A model generated the notes under the pieces. The model searched no databases. It saw nothing but the letters and a program-made list of their open reading frames with translations, and had not been told where the DNA came from. This document shows positions 17,027-25,633 of a stretch of DNA of 32,000 nucleotides, in pieces. Within the stretch, counting starts at the first letter, position 1; each line of letters opens with the position of its first letter. The translations under genes were made by a program, and so were the position numbers. Source of the stretch: Desulfocapsa sulfexigens DSM 10523 (GTDB lineage Bacteria > Desulfobacterota > Desulfobulbia > Desulfobulbales > Desulfocapsaceae); contig NC_020304.1 of the NCBI RefSeq assembly GCF_000341395.1, positions 2,610,001 to 2,642,000 of the forward strand, in the 5' to 3' direction.

Positions 17027-17061
17027 GCTCTTATCCTGTTCTCTGGATAAGGGCTTTTTTT
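17027..17061 (+). terminator. Rho-independent terminator of the nifU-nifS-thyX unit
   Basis: GCTCTTATCC (17027-17036) pairs with GGATAAGGGC (17045-17054), with one mismatch and an 8-nt loop. Seven T residues follow (17055-17061). Confidence 0.7.
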
Positions 17062-17077
17062 GTCTGTTGTGCTCGTA

Positions 17078-17106
17078 TTGACACTTTGTTAAAAATTAGT
17101 TATATA
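17078..17106 (+). promoter_or_regulatory. Candidate sigma-70 promoter for fhs
   Basis: Perfect -35 TTGACA (17078-17083), 17-nt spacer, -10 TATATA (17101-17106). This leaves a leader of about 80 nt before the fhs ATG, which is preceded by AAGGAG. Confidence 0.5.
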
Positions 17107-17190
17107 GAGCATCAATTCTGATGAAGTATCAACTCGTCCTGACTGCAATCAGGTCTAACAAATTAATTTTTATAACAAAAGGAGATCAAT

Positions 17191-18957
17191 ATGGCTCTTG
17201 ATCCAACGAAACATGCTGACTGGGAAATTGCTGCTGAAGCTGAGTCCCGTATGAAAACCGTTTATGAGCTTGGTGAACAGCTGGGACTCGATAAGGAAGA
17301 AGTACTTCCCTATGGTCATTATGTCGGGAAACTTGATTTTAATAAGATCATGAGTCGTCTTGCCGATAAGCCTGATGGAAAATATGTTGATGTGACCGCC
17401 ATCAGTCCGACCCCTCTTGGTGAAGGGAAATCCACATGCGCCATGGGGCTTGTTCAGGGGCTTGGTAAACGGAATAAATCAGTTGTTGGTGCCATCCGCC
17501 AGCCTTCCGGTGGGCCCACTATGAACATAAAGGGTTCAGCTGCTGGTGGTGGACTTGCCCAGTGTATTCCTCTTACGGAGTTTTCCCTTGGTTTGACCGG
17601 TGACATCAATGCCATTATGAATGCGCACAACCTTGGTATGGTTGCTCTCACATCGCGTATGCAGCATGAGGCAAATTACACCGATGAGCAGCTTGCTCAG
17701 CGTAATCTGAAACGCCTTGATATCCACCCCAAAAAGGTTGAGTTTAACTGGATCATGGATTTCTGTGCTCAGGCCCTTCGTGATATCACCATCGGTCAGG
17801 GACCCGGTAAAATGGATGGTTTCACCATGAAATCTTCCTTTGCAATCGCTGTATCCTCCGAGATTATGGCCATTCTCGCCATCGCCAACGATCTGGCTGA
17901 TATGCGCCGCCGTATTGCTAAAATTGTTGTTGCTTACGACAAGCAGGACCGACCTATCACCACAGCTGACCTTGAAGTTGATGGTGCCATGACCGCATGG
18001 ATGGTTCAGGCCCTCAATCCTAACCTGATGCAGACACTTGAAGGTCAGCCGGTACTTGTTCATGCAGGACCATTTGCAAATATCGCTATTGGTCAGTCTT
18101 CTGTTATTGCTGATCGTGTTGGTTTGAAAATTGCTGATTATAACGTTACTGAATCAGGCTTTGGTGCAGATATCGGATTCGAGAAATTCTGGAACCTTAA
18201 ATGCCGTTTCTCCGGAAACAAGCCAAATTGCGCAGTTGTTGTTGCGACCATTCGAGCTCTTAAGTGTCACGGTGGTGCGCCAATTCCGGTTCCTGGAAAG
18301 CCCATGCCTGTTGAGTATAACACTGAGAACGTCGGCTGGGTCGAAGAGGGTTGCAAGAATCTTATTCATCACATTGAAACTGTTAAAAAGGCTGGGATCA
18401 ATCCTGTTGTCTGTATCAATGCTTTCTATACTGATACCGATAACGAGATTGCTGCAGTTCGTCGTATATGTGAAGCGGCTGGCGCTCGTGTTGCCCTTTC
18501 CCGTCATTGGGAACATGGTGGAGAGGGTGCTCTTGAATTTGCGGATGCGGTTGTTGATGCCTGTGAAGAGCCAAATGATTTCAAATTCCTGTACGACCTG
18601 AGCGATCCTCTTGATAAGCGTATTGATCTTATCGCAAGGGAAGTTTATGGCGCAGATGGCGTGAGTTATACTCCAGAGGCTCAGGCTAAACTGAAGCGTC
18701 TTGGGGCAGACCCTGATATGGCTGAGATGGGAACCTGTATGGTCAAAACACACCTCTCTCTTTCTCATAACCCTGCTCTTAAAGGAACCCCAAAGGGATG
18801 GACGCTGCCTATTCGTGACATTTTGACATACAAAGGCGCTGGATTTGTTGTACCTGTTGCCGGAGCTATTAGCCTGATGCCTGGTACCGGTTCTGATCCT
18901 GCGTATCGACGGGTTGACGTTGATGTTGAGACTGGAAAAGTAAAAGGGGTGTTCTAA
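17191..18957 (+). CDS. fhs: Formate-tetrahydrofolate ligase (formyl-THF synthetase)
   Basis: 588 aa. FTHFS signatures [15 protein letters not shown] (P-loop) and [16 protein letters not shown], collinear over the full length with Fhs. Confidence 0.95.
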   Translation: MALDPTKHADWEIAAEAESRMKTVYELGEQLGLDKEEVLPYGHYVGKLDFNKIMSRLADKPDGKYVDVTAISPTPLGEGKSTCAMGLVQGLGKRNKSVVGAIRQPSGGPTMNIKGSAAGGGLAQCIPLTEFSLGLTGDINAIMNAHNLGMVALTSRMQHEANYTDEQLAQRNLKRLDIHPKKVEFNWIMDFCAQALRDITIGQGPGKMDGFTMKSSFAIAVSSEIMAILAIANDLADMRRRIAKIVVAYDKQDRPITTADLEVDGAMTAWMVQALNPNLMQTLEGQPVLVHAGPFANIAIGQSSVIADRVGLKIADYNVTESGFGADIGFEKFWNLKCRFSGNKPNCAVVVATIRALKCHGGAPIPVPGKPMPVEYNTENVGWVEEGCKNLIHHIETVKKAGINPVVCINAFYTDTDNEIAAVRRICEAAGARVALSRHWEHGGEGALEFADAVVDACEEPNDFKFLYDLSDPLDKRIDLIAREVYGADGVSYTPEAQAKLKRLGADPDMAEMGTCMVKTHLSLSHNPALKGTPKGWTLPIRDILTYKGAGFVVPVAGAISLMPGTGSDPAYRRVDVDVETGKVKGVF

Positions 18958-19027
18958 GGTTTTAGTATTGTAAAAACAAGTAGTAATGTGTGATAAAGCC
19001 AGGGGAGTTTCCCGTGAGCTTAAAAAT

Positions 19028-19072
19028 AACGGGTTAGGAAAAGTGAACTTTTCTTAACCCGTTTGTTTTTTT
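19028..19072 (+). terminator. Rho-independent terminator of fhs
   Basis: 16-bp stem AACGGGTTAGGAAAAG / CTTTTCTTAACCCGTT (19028-19043 / 19048-19063, one G-U pair) with a 4-nt loop, then TGTTTTTTT. Confidence 0.8.
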
Positions 19073-19164
19073 AAATAAAAGGTTGTATTGTTAAATGGAC
19101 TGACATACTGGAGACTGGCACTATTTATGGGTGTATTTTAATTTTCTAAATTAATTGTAATACT

Positions 19165-21390
19165 ATGGCTGTAAAACAGAAGATAGAGAATAAAAGAAGT
19201 TCTCTCAAGGGCACGGTAAAGGATCGCTCTGGTGCCGGAAAAGTAAAAGTCGGAGAGCTCTTAAGTAAAGCTGGCTATATCACTCCTGCTCAGCTTGAAA
19301 CAGCCAAGAAAGAACTCCAGAAGAACGGAGGCCGCTTGGGCGCTATCCTACGTCAATTTGATTATATCGATGCTGATACCGTCTATAATTTTCTCAGTCG
19401 TCAACATAACTTCACTCCTGTTTTAATAAGTAAAGAACCACCCAGTAAAGATGCCGTTACTCTTGTGCCCTATAAAATTGCCAAGAAGTATATGGCTTTT
19501 CCTCTCCGTATCGCTGGCAACACGCTTCAGATAAGTATGGCTGAACCTACTGATACTGAAGCTGTCGAAAAGCTTCAGGATGAGGTGGGAAAAAATCTGG
19601 CTGTCTGTGTCTCCATGGAAAGAGATATCGTTGAGGCCTATAAAACCTATTATAAGATTGATGATGCTGAGGCTGAAACCTTCTTCACCAACAGAGATGA
19701 AGCTGAAGAAGAAATGGCGGTCACCGAGGTTGATGACTTTGGTTCGATCGTAGCCGATGCAGCAGATGAATTTGAGATTGAAGCTATTGAAGATGAGAGT
19801 ACTGGAGATCAGTTTGCTGCTAACGATGCTCCTATTATCAAGCTGGTCAATGGTATTCTGGTAAAGGCTGTTCAGGATGGGGTTTCTGATATCCATGTGG
19901 AACCCTATGAGAAGACCATGCAGGTTCGTTACCGTAAGGATGGTTCTCTTTTTAAATCCATGAACCTGCCGTTGAGCATCAAAAATGCAATGGCGGCACG
20001 CCTCAAGATTCTTGCTGATCTGGACATTACTGAGCGTCGTATCCCTCAGGATGGTCGTATTAAGATGCGGCTGGGACGTAACCGTTCCGTTGACTTTCGT
20101 GTTTCTACTCTTCCGACGCTGTTTGGTGAATCCGTTGTTCTTCGTATTCTTGACAAGGGGTCTCTTAACGTAGATTTAACCAAGCTTGGTTTCGAAAAGG
20201 AGACCTTTGAGGCATTGAAACGCTGTTTAAACAGGCCCCAGGGGTTGCTTCTGGTCACTGGTCCCACGGGTTCCGGAAAGACCGTTACACTTTATTCTGC
20301 CCTGAACTCATTGAACGCTGAGGATATTAAGATTCTAACAGCAGAAGATCCGGTGGAGTTTAACTTTAAGGGGATTAATCAGGTCAATGTTCATTCTGAG
20401 GTAGGAATGACATTTGCTGCTGCCCTGAAGGCATTTCTTCGTCAGGATCCGGATATTATTATGGTAGGTGAGATTCGTGATATGGAAACTGCCGAGATTG
20501 CTATTAAAGCGGCAATGACCGGACATCTCGTTTTCTCAACCCTTCATACCAACGATAGTGCTGCAACCATTGCTCGTCTTATAGATATCGGTATACCACC
20601 TTTCATGCTTGCCTCTGCTGTGACAATGGTGTTATCTCAGCGACTAGGGCGGAAGCTCTGTCAGGCGTGTAAAAAACCTGAACAGCGTGACCCTCAGGAA
20701 CTCATCAGCATGGGTTTTCATGAAGATGAAGTCGATTATGTTGTCACCTATGGCCCTGTTGGCTGTCCTGAATGTAACGGTCTTGGATATAGAGGCCGAA
20801 TCGGTTTTTTTGAGTTGTTGGAGGTGACCGATGAAGTTGCAAAAGCGATCAGTGCTGAAGTTCCCGAAGACCAATTACGTAAAATTGCTGTTCAGGAGGG
20901 AATGGTTCCATTACGCGATGCGGCCATTGAAAAGGTAAGGCAGGGAGTTACCAGTGTGGATGAGGCTCTTCGCAGGACCGTTGCTCATGAAGAAAGTCTC
21001 CCTGCATATCTTCTCAATCCTGATATAGAAAACTATGAAGATGGCGATGTGGTTATTCGTGAAGGGAATACCGACGTGGATTTCTTCAAACTGCTTCGGG
21101 GCGGCTTGTCGGTATTAAAGGGTGGAAAGAAGATTGCCGAACTTACAGAACCTGGCGAATATTTTGGTGAGATGGCAGTCCTCTCAGGTGAACCCCGAAA
21201 TGCATCCATTGTTTCACTTGGCAGGTCTGCAATCAAGAGGTACCCCGGTGACAAGCTGGACGAAATTATAGCAAAATACCCTGATGTCTCCCGTCATCTT
21301 TTTAAGGCCATGGCCGCGAGACTTCATAAATCAAATCAGATTATAGTTAAATTGGCTGGTGCTGCTCCCCGTAAGGCACCACCGCGCTGA
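19165..21390 (+). CDS. PilB/GspE/MshE-family secretion ATPase with N-terminal T2SSE_N (MshEN-like) domain and C-terminal cyclic-nucleotide-binding domain
   Basis: 741 aa. N-terminus has the tandem helical motifs KVGELLSKAGYITPAQLETAKKELQ and RLGAILRQFDYIDADTVYNFLSRQ. Core has Walker A GPTGSGKT, Walker B/Asp box DPDIIMVGEIRD, His box GHLVFSTLHTN and a tetracysteine Zn site CQAC...CPEC. The last ~130 aa carry a cNMP-binding beta-barrel with phosphate-binding cassette GEYFGEMAVLSGEPRNASIVS. No obvious SD precedes the ATG. Confidence 0.85.
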   Translation: MAVKQKIENKRSSLKGTVKDRSGAGKVKVGELLSKAGYITPAQLETAKKELQKNGGRLGAILRQFDYIDADTVYNFLSRQHNFTPVLISKEPPSKDAVTLVPYKIAKKYMAFPLRIAGNTLQISMAEPTDTEAVEKLQDEVGKNLAVCVSMERDIVEAYKTYYKIDDAEAETFFTNRDEAEEEMAVTEVDDFGSIVADAADEFEIEAIEDESTGDQFAANDAPIIKLVNGILVKAVQDGVSDIHVEPYEKTMQVRYRKDGSLFKSMNLPLSIKNAMAARLKILADLDITERRIPQDGRIKMRLGRNRSVDFRVSTLPTLFGESVVLRILDKGSLNVDLTKLGFEKETFEALKRCLNRPQGLLLVTGPTGSGKTVTLYSALNSLNAEDIKILTAEDPVEFNFKGINQVNVHSEVGMTFAAALKAFLRQDPDIIMVGEIRDMETAEIAIKAAMTGHLVFSTLHTNDSAATIARLIDIGIPPFMLASAVTMVLSQRLGRKLCQACKKPEQRDPQELISMGFHEDEVDYVVTYGPVGCPECNGLGYRGRIGFFELLEVTDEVAKAISAEVPEDQLRKIAVQEGMVPLRDAAIEKVRQGVTSVDEALRRTVAHEESLPAYLLNPDIENYEDGDVVIREGNTDVDFFKLLRGGLSVLKGGKKIAELTEPGEYFGEMAVLSGEPRNASIVSLGRSAIKRYPGDKLDEIIAKYPDVSRHLFKAMAARLHKSNQIIVKLAGAAPRKAPPR

Positions 21391-21406
21391 AAGGGATTGA
21401 TGTCGG

Positions 21407-22444
21407 TCATCTGAGTTGTCCGCTCTGTTCAAAATATTTTCTAAATACCAGAAGGGATATCAGCGTTTCAGTTTTATTGTTTTGAAACTGTTGTATGTAT
21501 GCCTGGGCATTTTTTAGGATTTTCAGAGCCTCTTCTTCATGCTGCAGATAGTAATTCATTTTTTCTTCAATATCTGAATAGTCATCCCGTAACAGAACAT
21601 AATGAATGTCAGGTAGAAGCCTTCCCTCCATAAACCAGGTTTCAAAACGGGGTTTTCGCATAAAACAGAGGGAGTTGGAAGACATAATCCATTTAAGGTT
21701 TGTTGCCACATCATTGCCCTCAATGGAGAGAATGAATTTATACTGCAACTGCTTTTCTATGGACATAAATCGTTTTTGTCGTCTGGGATCCCCTCCCTCC
21801 TCCGGTTGATTTGACTGGCCAATGTCAAAAAGTGGATTGTCAAAATGTTGCCGGACAAAATCTTTTCGTTCCTGAACACCGGCCTTTCCACGCCAGACAA
21901 GTTTGTTTTTTTTGTGCTGGTATGGAAGAGGGTCTTTTACAAATGTGAAGTGGCGGATGCTGTTGAGTTTTAAAATAATTCCATTTGCATTGTTTTCTGT
22001 GAGTGGCCGGCTTTTGACAAAGGTTGGATGTACCGGGACTGTAACGACGTCACCAAATTGGTAATGAAAGAAAAATGACGGGTCAAAGAAACGGCAATAT
22101 TTCTTGAAATCAAGATAATAGACAAAGTTTTTCCGGGTCGTGAGATCGGCCGATTGAACTCGATCCGCTCCCAGAGTGAATGGTTTCTGCTTTTTATTGT
22201 AATAAGCGACCCTGTCAAGAATAGAGTTCTGGTCATAGCAGGAGATTGAGGCCAGCAAATGTGGGAGTTTCCATCGAAGATAGATGGCGGGAGTTAAAAT
22301 GTTGGTCATTCCCTTGAGGTAAAAGATATTTTTCGAATTCTTATGTTTGCGTGAGGTAAGTTTGGAAATTTTCTTGTCCAGCCTTTTTATAAACTGCATA
22401 TGAATAGGTTGTCTGTGGTTCTGTGTTGTGAGGTGCTTATTCAA
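21407..22444 (-). CDS. Glycosyltransferase family 90 (CAP10-type putative LPS-modifying enzyme)
   Basis: The C-terminal half matches the CAP10/Glyco_transf_90 pattern: LVWRGKAG, QYKFILSIEGNDVATNLKWIMSSNSLCFMRKPRFETWFMEGRLLPDIHYVLLRDDYSDIEEKM. Confidence 0.8.
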   Translation of the reverse strand: MNKHLTTQNHRQPIHMQFIKRLDKKISKLTSRKHKNSKNIFYLKGMTNILTPAIYLRWKLPHLLASISCYDQNSILDRVAYYNKKQKPFTLGADRVQSADLTTRKNFVYYLDFKKYCRFFDPSFFFHYQFGDVVTVPVHPTFVKSRPLTENNANGIILKLNSIRHFTFVKDPLPYQHKKNKLVWRGKAGVQERKDFVRQHFDNPLFDIGQSNQPEEGGDPRRQKRFMSIEKQLQYKFILSIEGNDVATNLKWIMSSNSLCFMRKPRFETWFMEGRLLPDIHYVLLRDDYSDIEEKMNYYLQHEEEALKILKNAQAYIQQFQNNKTETLISLLVFRKYFEQSGQLR

Positions 22445-22542
22445 TGAGGTTTCCGGCGCCCTGACAGTGGTACTTGAGCGTCAAACCTGCAAATAGTACC
22501 GTATGTTCTACTATTTTGTAATGGTTTTTTTGAGTCATTACT

Positions 22543-22585
22543 GTATGATCTTTTAAATATCTGTGACACTGACTGAAGATCATAC
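22543..22585. repeat. 10-bp perfect inverted repeat in the GT90/GT9 divergent intergenic region
   Basis: GTATGATCTT (22543-22552) and AAGATCATAC (22576-22585), separated by 23 nt. A second 8-bp inverted repeat, AAATAGTA/TACTATTT, lies at 22491-22498/22509-22516. Confidence 0.5.
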
Positions 22586-22653
22586 TTACTCAGATTGCAA
22601 TAATGTGAACCAGATCACATCTTCAGTTACTGTGGTGTTGAAAAAATCCCGTC

Positions 22654-23772
22654 ATGGCCCCTGCCGTTAATTTTCAATTCAAAATTATGTCCTCAAAGAA
22701 AGAACGCTCAAAAACTGATATTTTATTGAAATGTCAAAGAATATTAATTGTTAAGCAAAGCTCACTTGGTGATATTATTCATACTCTGGCTCTCGTTCAT
22801 GCACTGAAGCGATGTCATCCTGCAATTTCGATAGGATGGGTTGTTCAAAAGGCGTTTGCCTCAATAGTAAAAAGGGATACAGCAGTGGATGATGTGTTTG
22901 TAATCGATATCCCTTCGACCAGCGAACCCAATGCCGGGAAAACTGCTTTTTTAAAAGCTGTTATGGCAACATTACGAACGCTCAGGGATTTAAGGAAATC
23001 CCTTTCCAAAAACCCCTACGACCTGGTTCTTGATCTTCACGCTTCATTTCGTAGTGGAATACTTGCACTCTGCAATCCTGGCGGAGTCCGGATTGGATTC
23101 TCAGTTGCCAAGGAGCTAAATACTCTCTTTCAGCATCAACTGGTAAAAGTTCCTGAATCAATAATGCATGCTCAGGACAAAAATTTACTTTTTGCCTCCT
23201 TTTTCGGGTGTCCTGTTGAAGACGAAGATTTTTTCCTGCAAACGAGTGATAAGGATCTGGCGAGGGTAAGGGAATGTATTCCAGATGACGGGAAACCACT
23301 GGTTTATTGTAATCCAGTGGGGCGATGGGAGACAAAGTTCTGGCCTGTTGAGCGATGGGCAGCTCTTGGAGACAGGTTACAGCAGGAAGCAGGTGCTAAC
23401 GTGGTTCTGGCTGGTTCCCGTCAAGACAGACCAATACTTGACAGTATCGCCGAATTAATGGTTACTCGTCCACTGGTAACGGGAGGAGAGTTATCCCTTA
23501 TCCAGTCTGCGGCTCTGATTAAACAGTCATTACTCTACATAGGGGTGGATACCGGTCCCATGCACATGGCGGCCTTGGCCGGAATTCCTGTAGTTGCTCT
23601 TTTTGGCCCAACGAATCCAGAACTGGTTGGGCCATACAAGGTGCCCGGTAAAATTGTGAGAAATGAAATGCTTGATTGTCTGGTCTGTCGAAAAAGAAGC
23701 TGTGAAGACCTTATCTGTATGCATTCAATTTCCGTGGATCAGGTTTATGAACAGGCTCTGCTTCTTTTCTGA
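22654..23772 (+). CDS. Glycosyltransferase family 9 (ADP-heptose:LPS heptosyltransferase-like)
   Basis: RILIVKQSSLGDIIHTLALVHALKR N-terminal signature and the GVDTGPMHMAAALAGIPVVALFGPT nucleotide-sugar motif. Neither candidate start (22654 or ATG 22687) has a clear SD, so the start is uncertain. Confidence 0.85.
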   Translation: MAPAVNFQFKIMSSKKERSKTDILLKCQRILIVKQSSLGDIIHTLALVHALKRCHPAISIGWVVQKAFASIVKRDTAVDDVFVIDIPSTSEPNAGKTAFLKAVMATLRTLRDLRKSLSKNPYDLVLDLHASFRSGILALCNPGGVRIGFSVAKELNTLFQHQLVKVPESIMHAQDKNLLFASFFGCPVEDEDFFLQTSDKDLARVRECIPDDGKPLVYCNPVGRWETKFWPVERWAALGDRLQQEAGANVVLAGSRQDRPILDSIAELMVTRPLVTGGELSLIQSAALIKQSLLYIGVDTGPMHMAALAGIPVVALFGPTNPELVGPYKVPGKIVRNEMLDCLVCRKRSCEDLICMHSISVDQVYEQALLLF

Positions 23773-23816
23773 GCTGTGTAGACGATTATGATTACAAATT
23801 TTAAGGTATCCTCACC

Positions 23817-24623
23817 ATGCAAATAGCACTTATTATAACTACGTATAATAATACCGATACATTACGATTGACGCTGCAGACAGCACTGAATCAGGTTGTA
23901 CCTCCATCGGAAATAATTGTTGCTGACGATGGCTCGACCACCGAGACGGCTGAGTTGGTGAAAGAGATGCGAGAGGAGACTGATATCCCTGTGTACCACT
24001 GCTGGCAGGAGGATAGGGGCTTTCGTCCTGCAAGATGTCGGAATATGGCAATGGCAAGGAGCATGGCTGATTACTGTATTCTGGTTGATGGAGATATAAT
24101 GCTCGATGAACATTTTGTCGAAGATCATCTATACTATGCGACACCCGGATATTTTGTTCAGGGATCCAGGGTTATATTAAGTCAAAAGACAACAGAGAAG
24201 ATTGTTGCTTCCGGTGACATTCGGGTAAGTGTTTTCGGTGATAGTATTGGCAATCGGAAAAACTGCATTCGTTCCCGTTTTCTGTCCAGGGTTCTTTCTT
24301 TTAAAAACAGTAGGTTGGGTGGGATTAAGACTTGTAATTTTGCCTTCTGGAAAAAAGACGCTGTGACGGTAAATGGTTTCAATGAGGAATTTGTCGGATG
24401 GGGGCATGAAGATACAGAGTTTGCAGCCCGTCTGTTGAATATCGGGATCAGAAGGCAGAATGTGAAGTTTAATGCCCTGGCCTATCATCTTTACCACAAG
24501 TCCCAGTCGAGAGATTTCCTGAGCCAAAATAATGATCTGCTTTCGGATACTTTAAGGATGAAAAAAAACTGGTGTGAGAATGGACTGGATAAGCATATCG
24601 GAAACTGTGAGGCCTGCAGCTGA
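23817..24623 (+). CDS. Glycosyltransferase family 2 (with galactosyltransferase-like C-terminal region)
   Basis: IALIITTYNN, IIVADDGSTTET, DXD as VDGD, and the C-terminal NGFNEEFVGWGHEDTEFAARL motif typical of GT2/GT7C-type LPS core or EPS transferases. Confidence 0.85.
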   Translation: MQIALIITTYNNTDTLRLTLQTALNQVVPPSEIIVADDGSTTETAELVKEMREETDIPVYHCWQEDRGFRPARCRNMAMARSMADYCILVDGDIMLDEHFVEDHLYYATPGYFVQGSRVILSQKTTEKIVASGDIRVSVFGDSIGNRKNCIRSRFLSRVLSFKNSRLGGIKTCNFAFWKKDAVTVNGFNEEFVGWGHEDTEFAARLLNIGIRRQNVKFNALAYHLYHKSQSRDFLSQNNDLLSDTLRMKKNWCENGLDKHIGNCEACS

Positions 24624-24648
24624 TAATAGTTTTTATCAGATTTTTTTT
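24620..24648 (+). terminator. Putative rho-independent terminator after the plus-strand GT9-GT2 pair
   Basis: CTGATAA (24620-24626) / TTATCAG (24633-24639), 6-nt loop, then A plus eight T (24641-24648). The stem is AT-rich and weak, and it overlaps the stop codons of both convergent GT2 genes. Confidence 0.5.
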
Positions 24649-25633
24649 ATATTGTAACAGAGTCCTGACTTTGCCGCTGGTTGATTCTCCTCTTGAAGCG
24701 AGCAATAGTCCTGATAAGGTTACGGCGATAGAAGAAACGTTTAAGCGGGCTGTTTGGCATCAGTTCCTCTGCAATTCGTTGACGATTTGAGAAGGAGTAC
24801 TGAAGCTCTGCCAACGGTGTGTTTTTATTAAGATGCTTCAGATACCTCTCCATGGCCTGGAGGTTCTTTATTCGCCAGTGGTCAGTGGTCTCACCGTGAC
24901 CATGCTTTTTCTTGAACAGTTTCCGGTTTTTTTTCATCAGTTTTCGCACAGCACCACTCACCTTTGAAAAACTACCTTTCCCCTGATGGTAGACAAAAAT
25001 CTTTTCGCTTATCATCATCCGCTTCCCTGACTTTATCGCTCTGTAAACAAAATCAGTGTCTTCGTAATAACCAAGACCAAAATCTTCATCCAAGCCCTGT
25101 AATTCTTCATAGAGTGTTCTTCGTATCAGCACACAGAAAAAAATAAGTCGATCAGTCTGAAAGCTGAGTTTTGCTGAGTGATTGCTCCAATGAATTCCCT
25201 GGCTGAGGATCTCTTCGGGGGTTTTTCCCGTGGTGTATATTTGCTGATCGTTACCACAGTTGTTTGTTACCGGTCCCAACATATCCCAATCAGGGTTTTG
25301 CTGCATAAGGGAGCTGAAAAGAGATATGGTTCCTGGTGGTACCAGGGTGTCGGTATTCAGGAGGAGAAAAAATTCCCCACTGGCGGCCCTGGCTCCGATG
25401 TTATTTCCTGCGGCGTAGCCCCTGTTTTCATCAAGAAAGAACAATCTAATTCGAGAATCTCTTTCTCCGGCCAGAGTCAGTAGCTGTTTTGTGGAACTGT
25501 CCGAGTTGTTGTCCACAACAATTATTTCCATATCTTCAGGTGATTGAGCCAGACTGTCCAGACAGGGACCGGTTGTTGTATCAAAATTGTTATAGGAAAC
25601 TATAATAACACTACAGAGCAGAGGGCGATACAT
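24647..25633 (-). CDS. Glycosyltransferase family 2 (rhamnosyl/WbbL-like)
   Basis: CSVIIVSYNNFDTT, IIVVDNNSDSST, NRGYAAGNN and EDTDF motifs. Its start shares one base with the stop of the upstream acetyltransferase (TGATG). Confidence 0.85.
   Translation of the reverse strand: MYRPLLCSVIIVSYNNFDTTTGPCLDSLAQSPEDMEIIVVDNNSDSSTKQLLTLAGERDSRIRLFFLDENRGYAAGNNIGARAASGEFFLLLNTDTLVPPGTISLFSSLMQQNPDWDMLGPVTNNCGNDQQIYTTGKTPEEILSQGIHWSNHSAKLSFQTDRLIFFCVLIRRTLYEELQGLDEDFGLGYYEDTDFVYRAIKSGKRMMISEKIFVYHQGKGSFSKVSGAVRKLMKKNRKLFKKKHGHGETTDHWRIKNLQAMERYLKHLNKNTPLAELQYSFSNRQRIAEELMPNSPLKRFFYRRNLIRTIARFKRRINQRQSQDSVTI

Noticed and set aside
18154-18768. Long antisense or alternative-frame ORFs inside well-supported genes. 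These include 204 aa and 175 aa antisense to fhs, 194 aa antisense to thyX (16230-16814), 184 aa across nifU/nifS (14578-15132), 170 aa antisense to the phosphohexomutase (13087-13599), 184 aa antisense to MscS (3833-4387) and 165 aa within the MBOAT gene (7848-8345).
   Set aside because: Each lies entirely within a gene whose sense-frame product has clear family motifs along its length. The translations are low-complexity (Ser/Arg/Leu-rich), have no recognisable motifs and no RBS. These are typical shadow ORFs caused by codon bias.
19116-19131. Possible sigma-54 promoter upstream of the PilB-like gene (TGGCAC-TATTTA-TGG). This was tempting because an NtrC-family activator is in the window.
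   Set aside because: The -24 element TGGCAC is perfect, but the -12 element reads ATGG rather than TTGC. A single partial match is not sufficient, and the activator is 18 kb away with no evident link. It is worth only a transcription-start-site check.
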